The notes under the pieces: generated by a model
Told to the model about the DNA's origin: nothing
Database searches by the model: none
The model's input: the letters and a program-made list of their open reading frames with translations, nothing else
Program-made: the position numbers and the translations under genes
Source: an uncultured cyanobacterium
Lineage (GTDB): Bacteria > Cyanobacteriota > Cyanobacteriia > Cyanobacteriales > CAWCAG01
Assembly: GCA_963793425.1 (NCBI GenBank)
Contig: CAWCAG010000005.1
Span: 1,664,001-1,728,000, forward strand
Length of the DNA stretch: 64,000 nucleotides
Direction of reading: 5' to 3'
Part shown: positions 60,332-64,000 of the stretch, piece by piece
Position numbering within the stretch: the stretch's first letter is position 1
Layout: every line of letters starts with the position of its first letter

Positions 60332-61285
60332 ATGACTAGGGCAAAAAGAACCAAAACTAATGCCATAGAAGTTCATTTACTTCGAGAAGGCATTACTGAA
60401 TCAATTCATCAAGTTCAAGCCGCAGTTTGCGATGATCGAGGCAGAATCTTATCAGTATCAGGTAGCTACGAAACCTCAGCTTTTATTCGTTCTGCCCTTA
60501 AGCCTTTCCAAGCCCTAGCTATTACGAGTAGCGGTATTTTGCAACGCCATGGTTTAACTGATAAGGATTTAGCAATTGTTTGTAGTTCCCATCAGGGTAC
60601 GGTAGAACAAACCAGACAAGTTTTCAATATTCTCTGGCGTTGTGATATTGATCCTTCCGTTTTACAATGTCCTATTCCTGAAGGTAAGCAGAGTCCTTTA
60701 GAACATAACTGTTCGGGGAAACACGCTGCTATGTTAGCGGTTTGTAAGCAACAAAATTGGACTTTCAACAACTATTTAAAACCTTCCCATCCTGTACAGA
60801 AATTGATTCTCCGCAAGGTTGCAGAATTATTGGCGATGCCAGGGGATGAATTTATTAGCGCCCGTGATGATTGTGGCGCACCTACCTATGGGATGCAGTT
60901 AGGACAAATGGCCGGTTTGTATGGCAAGTTGGCTTCCGGAGATGATCTTTCTTTAGAACGTATTGTCCGGGCAATGACTTATTATCCGACGATGATTGCT
61001 GGGGCTGGGGCATTTGATACAGAACTAATGCGCCTCACAGAAGCTGAAATTGTTAGTAAGTCGGGGGCTGAAGGAATTCAATGTATTGGCCGTATTGGTG
61101 AAGGTATGGGCTTAGCTATTAAAGTTATAGATGGGGCTAAGCGTGCTAAATATGCCACAGCAATCCATTTGTTACGGCAATTAGGTTGGATTAGCCCTTC
61201 GGTAGCAGAAACCTTGGCAGAGAAGTTTATTAACTTGAATGATTATAAGCGTTTAGAGGTGATTGGAGAATTAACAATGCTTTAA
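60332..61285 (+). CDS. L-asparaginase II family protein
   Basis: RSALKPFQA, CSSHQG, HNCSGKHAAML, DDCGAP, KSGAEG. Confidence 0.92.
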   Translation: MTRAKRTKTNAIEVHLLREGITESIHQVQAAVCDDRGRILSVSGSYETSAFIRSALKPFQALAITSSGILQRHGLTDKDLAIVCSSHQGTVEQTRQVFNILWRCDIDPSVLQCPIPEGKQSPLEHNCSGKHAAMLAVCKQQNWTFNNYLKPSHPVQKLILRKVAELLAMPGDEFISARDDCGAPTYGMQLGQMAGLYGKLASGDDLSLERIVRAMTYYPTMIAGAGAFDTELMRLTEAEIVSKSGAEGIQCIGRIGEGMGLAIKVIDGAKRAKYATAIHLLRQLGWISPSVAETLAEKFINLNDYKRLEVIGELTML

Positions 61286-61311
61286 TCAGGGGTGAGATTT
61301 TACAATTAGAA

Positions 61312-62562
61312 TCATTGGATCGCTTGACTAGTTTGAGGATCAAAAAGATGAACCTTTTCTAAATTAATAGAAAGCCATAAAGACTCCCCATTCCTGACAG
61401 TATGGTCTGGAGAAATTCTTACCTGTAAAGGAGCTTTGACCCCATTAACTAAATGTACAATCAGATAAGTATCATTTCCTAAAGCCTCTACCAAATCTAT
61501 TTGCACAAGTAAATTTTTGGTAGCTGGGACACTAACCACAAAATCTTCTGGGCGAACACCAAGCAATAAAGAACGACCATTGTATGGTTGAAGAGATTCT
61601 TGCCAAACTTCTGGTAAAGTAAGGCGAAACTGGGGATGGGTTATTAGTAAAGGTGCTTTCACATCCACTAACAGAAAGTTCATGGGAGGAGAACCAATAA
61701 ACTCAGCGACAAAACGATTAACTGGGTGATCGTAAATCTCTAAAGGTTTGGCTATCTGTTGAATTTCTCCTTTATTCATCACCGCAATACGATCTCCCAT
61801 AGTCATAGCTTCGGTTTGATCATGAGTAACATAAATTGTAGTGGTTCCCAACTGTTTTTGTAACTTAACTATTTGGCTACGGGTTTCTGAGCGTAATTTA
61901 GCATCAAGGTTAGATAAAGGCTCATCCATCAAAAATACTTGAGGATTGCGGGCGATCGCCCTGCCTAACGCAACCCTTTGCTTTTGCCCTCCGGAAAGCT
62001 GTTTTGGCAAGCGATTTAGCAAAGAATCTATTTGTAATAATTCCGCTACATTTTGTACCCTTTCTTCAATAACTTTCTCTTGGGCTAATCTGTAACCTAG
62101 TCTTTTCGGTAGCGATCGCGCCATTCCTTGGATCAGTTTTTTACCCCAATCTTGAAAGCCTTGGTTAGCCTCCGGAGACATTCGCCGTAGCCCAAAAGCG
62201 ATATTATCATAAACCGTTAAATGGGGATAAAGGGCATAATTTTGAAACACCATAGCTATATCCCGCTGCTTAGGAGGAAGATCATTAACCAAAGAAGACC
62301 CAACGGAGATATTCCCCCCTGTCAACTCTTCTAACCCTGCAATAACCCGCAACAAAGTACTTTTTCCACAACCGGAAGGTCCCACCAAAACCATAAATTC
62401 TCCATCTTCTACCGTCAGGTTGATGCGTCGTAAAACGCTAACGGCATTTGATCTTGAACTAGCTTCCTCAATATTTAGTTGCTTCGATGCAGATTTAGCA
62501 GTAGTTTTTTCTCTACTGCCAGGAAAACTTTTATAGACATTCTCCAAAACAACTTTCGCCAC
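61312..62562 (-). CDS. Carbohydrate ABC transporter ATP-binding protein (MalK/GgtA-like)
   Basis: GPSGCGKSTLLR, AMVFQNYALYPH, LSGGQKQRVALGRA, DEPLSNLDAKLR, TOBE tail. Confidence 0.92.
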   Translation of the reverse strand: MAKVVLENVYKSFPGSREKTTAKSASKQLNIEEASSRSNAVSVLRRINLTVEDGEFMVLVGPSGCGKSTLLRVIAGLEELTGGNISVGSSLVNDLPPKQRDIAMVFQNYALYPHLTVYDNIAFGLRRMSPEANQGFQDWGKKLIQGMARSLPKRLGYRLAQEKVIEERVQNVAELLQIDSLLNRLPKQLSGGQKQRVALGRAIARNPQVFLMDEPLSNLDAKLRSETRSQIVKLQKQLGTTTIYVTHDQTEAMTMGDRIAVMNKGEIQQIAKPLEIYDHPVNRFVAEFIGSPPMNFLLVDVKAPLLITHPQFRLTLPEVWQESLQPYNGRSLLLGVRPEDFVVSVPATKNLLVQIDLVEALGNDTYLIVHLVNGVKAPLQVRISPDHTVRNGESLWLSINLEKVHLFDPQTSQAIQ

Positions 62563-63064
62563 GTTGTTGCTCTCATTTTATTGGACTTTGAGCTATAGAT
62601 TACCTGATTTGCACCTCATTTTGGAGTAGTGTTACTAACCCAATCACCCAACTGTCTACCCAACAGAGTGAATAAACCCTTTGTTTTGGTTCTTGTCAAG
62701 GGGCTATTTCACGTCAATTGAGTTACTTACCTATTCTCCCACCAATGAAGGCGCAGCACTTTATATGGTTAAGACATAAAAGTTTGAAAGCCCTGCTACA
62801 GCTATGTTTAACTCAATCTGTATTCGTAATTTAACCGTCTTAACTATTTTAGTTGCTGGAGTCAGCTTCAGCTTAAGCGAAGTTTACCGTCAGCCCATAG
62901 AAGGCATAAAAAGAGAACAAGCATCTCAAATGGGCAAGTTGGTAAAAATAAGATTAGCGATGAAAGCTCAGCAAATGCGTTAATTGTTAATGGCTAATGG
63001 CTAATGGCTAATGGCTAGTTGCTAGTTGTTCTCACCCCAGCTCCCTAGCTCCCTAGTAGTCTAA

Positions 63065-63097
63065 CGACAACGCTTACGCGAACCCCATCTCCCTAGC
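63065..63097 (-). repeat. 33-bp small dispersed repeat, copy 2
   Basis: cgacaacgcttacgcgaaccccatctccctagc, embedded in CTCCCTAG-type tracts. Confidence 0.85.
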
Positions 63098-63833
63098 TCC
63101 CCACTCCCTCCACCTGTGCTTGACAAGCTTCTGTGGAAACTGGTGCAGCAACAACCTCAACTTGTTGATATCCCGCTGTATTAACCAACTTTTCTATAGT
63201 CAATTCTGCTCTTTCATTGGCATCAGTTAATAGCCCTTTATCACAAGCGGTTTCCCTAATCTTCTGAAGAGTTTCTCGCTGTGCCAAAGTTTGTAATTCA
63301 GGGGCAACATCAGGCCCTAAATTCAAGAAACCTCGGTCATAATGATAAACTTTGGAGCGGTCTACATCAATCTTACTATCTAAAATTTCTGGGGGAGGTA
63401 GTTGAATAGTTACTGTTTCTGTCTCATCAGTATAGGTAACATCTTCAGCCTCAATTTTGCTTAAATCCACCCCGGCCCTAACCTCACCGTGGGCGACATA
63501 AAGTAAGGTCGTCGTACCTATGACCACTTCTCCTAACTTGCTATCTTGGCGGGTAGGGACTACCGCTTCCATAGTAAAAATAGCTGTTGTCAACTCACTA
63601 GCGCCACGAATCTGTTTAACCACTAAAGTTGGTACATCTACTTCTGGTTCAGATGAGGATAAATTCAAAAAAGCAGCAATATTACCCCAAACATCAGAAC
63701 CCAATTGCTTAAGTACAAGCAAAAATATAATAAAAAGTAAGACAACGCCGCCTACAGAAACTAATAAAGAATTCTTAACTAAAAAAGAGATTAAATTGCT
63801 GTTAGATTCTTTGTGTGGTTGCTGCTTCATCAC
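63093..63833 (-). CDS. DUF4230 domain protein
   Basis: N-terminal TM; QIRGASELTTA, GEVRAGVDLS, LPPPEILDSKID. Confidence 0.88.
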   Translation of the reverse strand: MMKQQPHKESNSNLISFLVKNSLLVSVGGVVLLFIIFLLVLKQLGSDVWGNIAAFLNLSSSEPEVDVPTLVVKQIRGASELTTAIFTMEAVVPTRQDSKLGEVVIGTTTLLYVAHGEVRAGVDLSKIEAEDVTYTDETETVTIQLPPPEILDSKIDVDRSKVYHYDRGFLNLGPDVAPELQTLAQRETLQKIRETACDKGLLTDANERAELTIEKLVNTAGYQQVEVVAAPVSTEACQAQVEGVGS

Positions 63834-64000
63834 TTTATACTCCTCTCCCTACTTTTGTGATGATATACTATCTTTTCTAATTTTAGGGAGAGAGAATCTA
63901 ACTAAGTGTAGGTTTTTTGCAAAGATGAGGTTAAAAAATAAATAATAAATAAAGAGTGCAAAAGTTGTACTGTAATTCCTATGTCTAAAGTTTTAATTAC

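Larger units (their letters stand above)
1..64000. repeat. HIP1 (GCGATCGC) octamer dispersed throughout the window
   Basis: Dozens of copies in an AT-rich background, e.g. 4281, 8461, 19801; a cyanobacterial signature. Confidence 0.95.

Noticed and set aside
1..64000. Numerous 60-150-aa ORFs nested in or antisense to known genes, and tRNA/rRNA genes
   Set aside because: These are shadow ORFs without motifs or RBS; no tRNA T-loop or rRNA signature was recognised.

Overview
AT-rich cyanobacterial chromosomal window: frequent HIP1 GCGATCGC octamers, heptamer STRR tracts and cyanobacteria-type genes. The housekeeping backbone includes a GAF histidine kinase, an ABC1 kinase, sigE, priA, urtABCDE, ureG/ureF, rpsD, aroK, ubiX, rnr, rpoZ, lgt, a devBCA-type exporter with tetR, cbiX, two exbD, dprA, futA, a GT4 glycosyltransferase, rsfS, CGLD27, asparaginase and a MalK-type ATPase. 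Several accessory inserts interrupt it. (1) A pair of small HTH-like genes lies between 60-bp direct repeats of a pentapeptide-gene tail (4.2-5.2 kb). (2) A decayed DUF4157/eCIS-type gene is cut by an IS630 remnant (10-12 kb). (3) An array-less type III-B Cmr module (cmr1-cas10-cmr3-[CARF effector]-cmr4-cmr5-cmr6) sits between urtA and ureG; its cmr1 is shredded, the 5' end of cas10 is broken, and the CARF effector has lost its sensor domain by an internal deletion. (4) An unexplained two-gene cassette lies before lgt. (5) A single NsiR1-like sRNA with a TCCGGA-N18-GTA (DIF1-type) promoter lies next to an orphan dnd-type helicase. (6) An internally deleted amidase sits between TetR operator-like palindromes. 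Several single-base homopolymer frameshifts and the error-dense cmr1 segment may be assembly artefacts. No tRNA, rRNA or CRISPR array was seen. All family assignments come from motif recognition by eye, not database searches.
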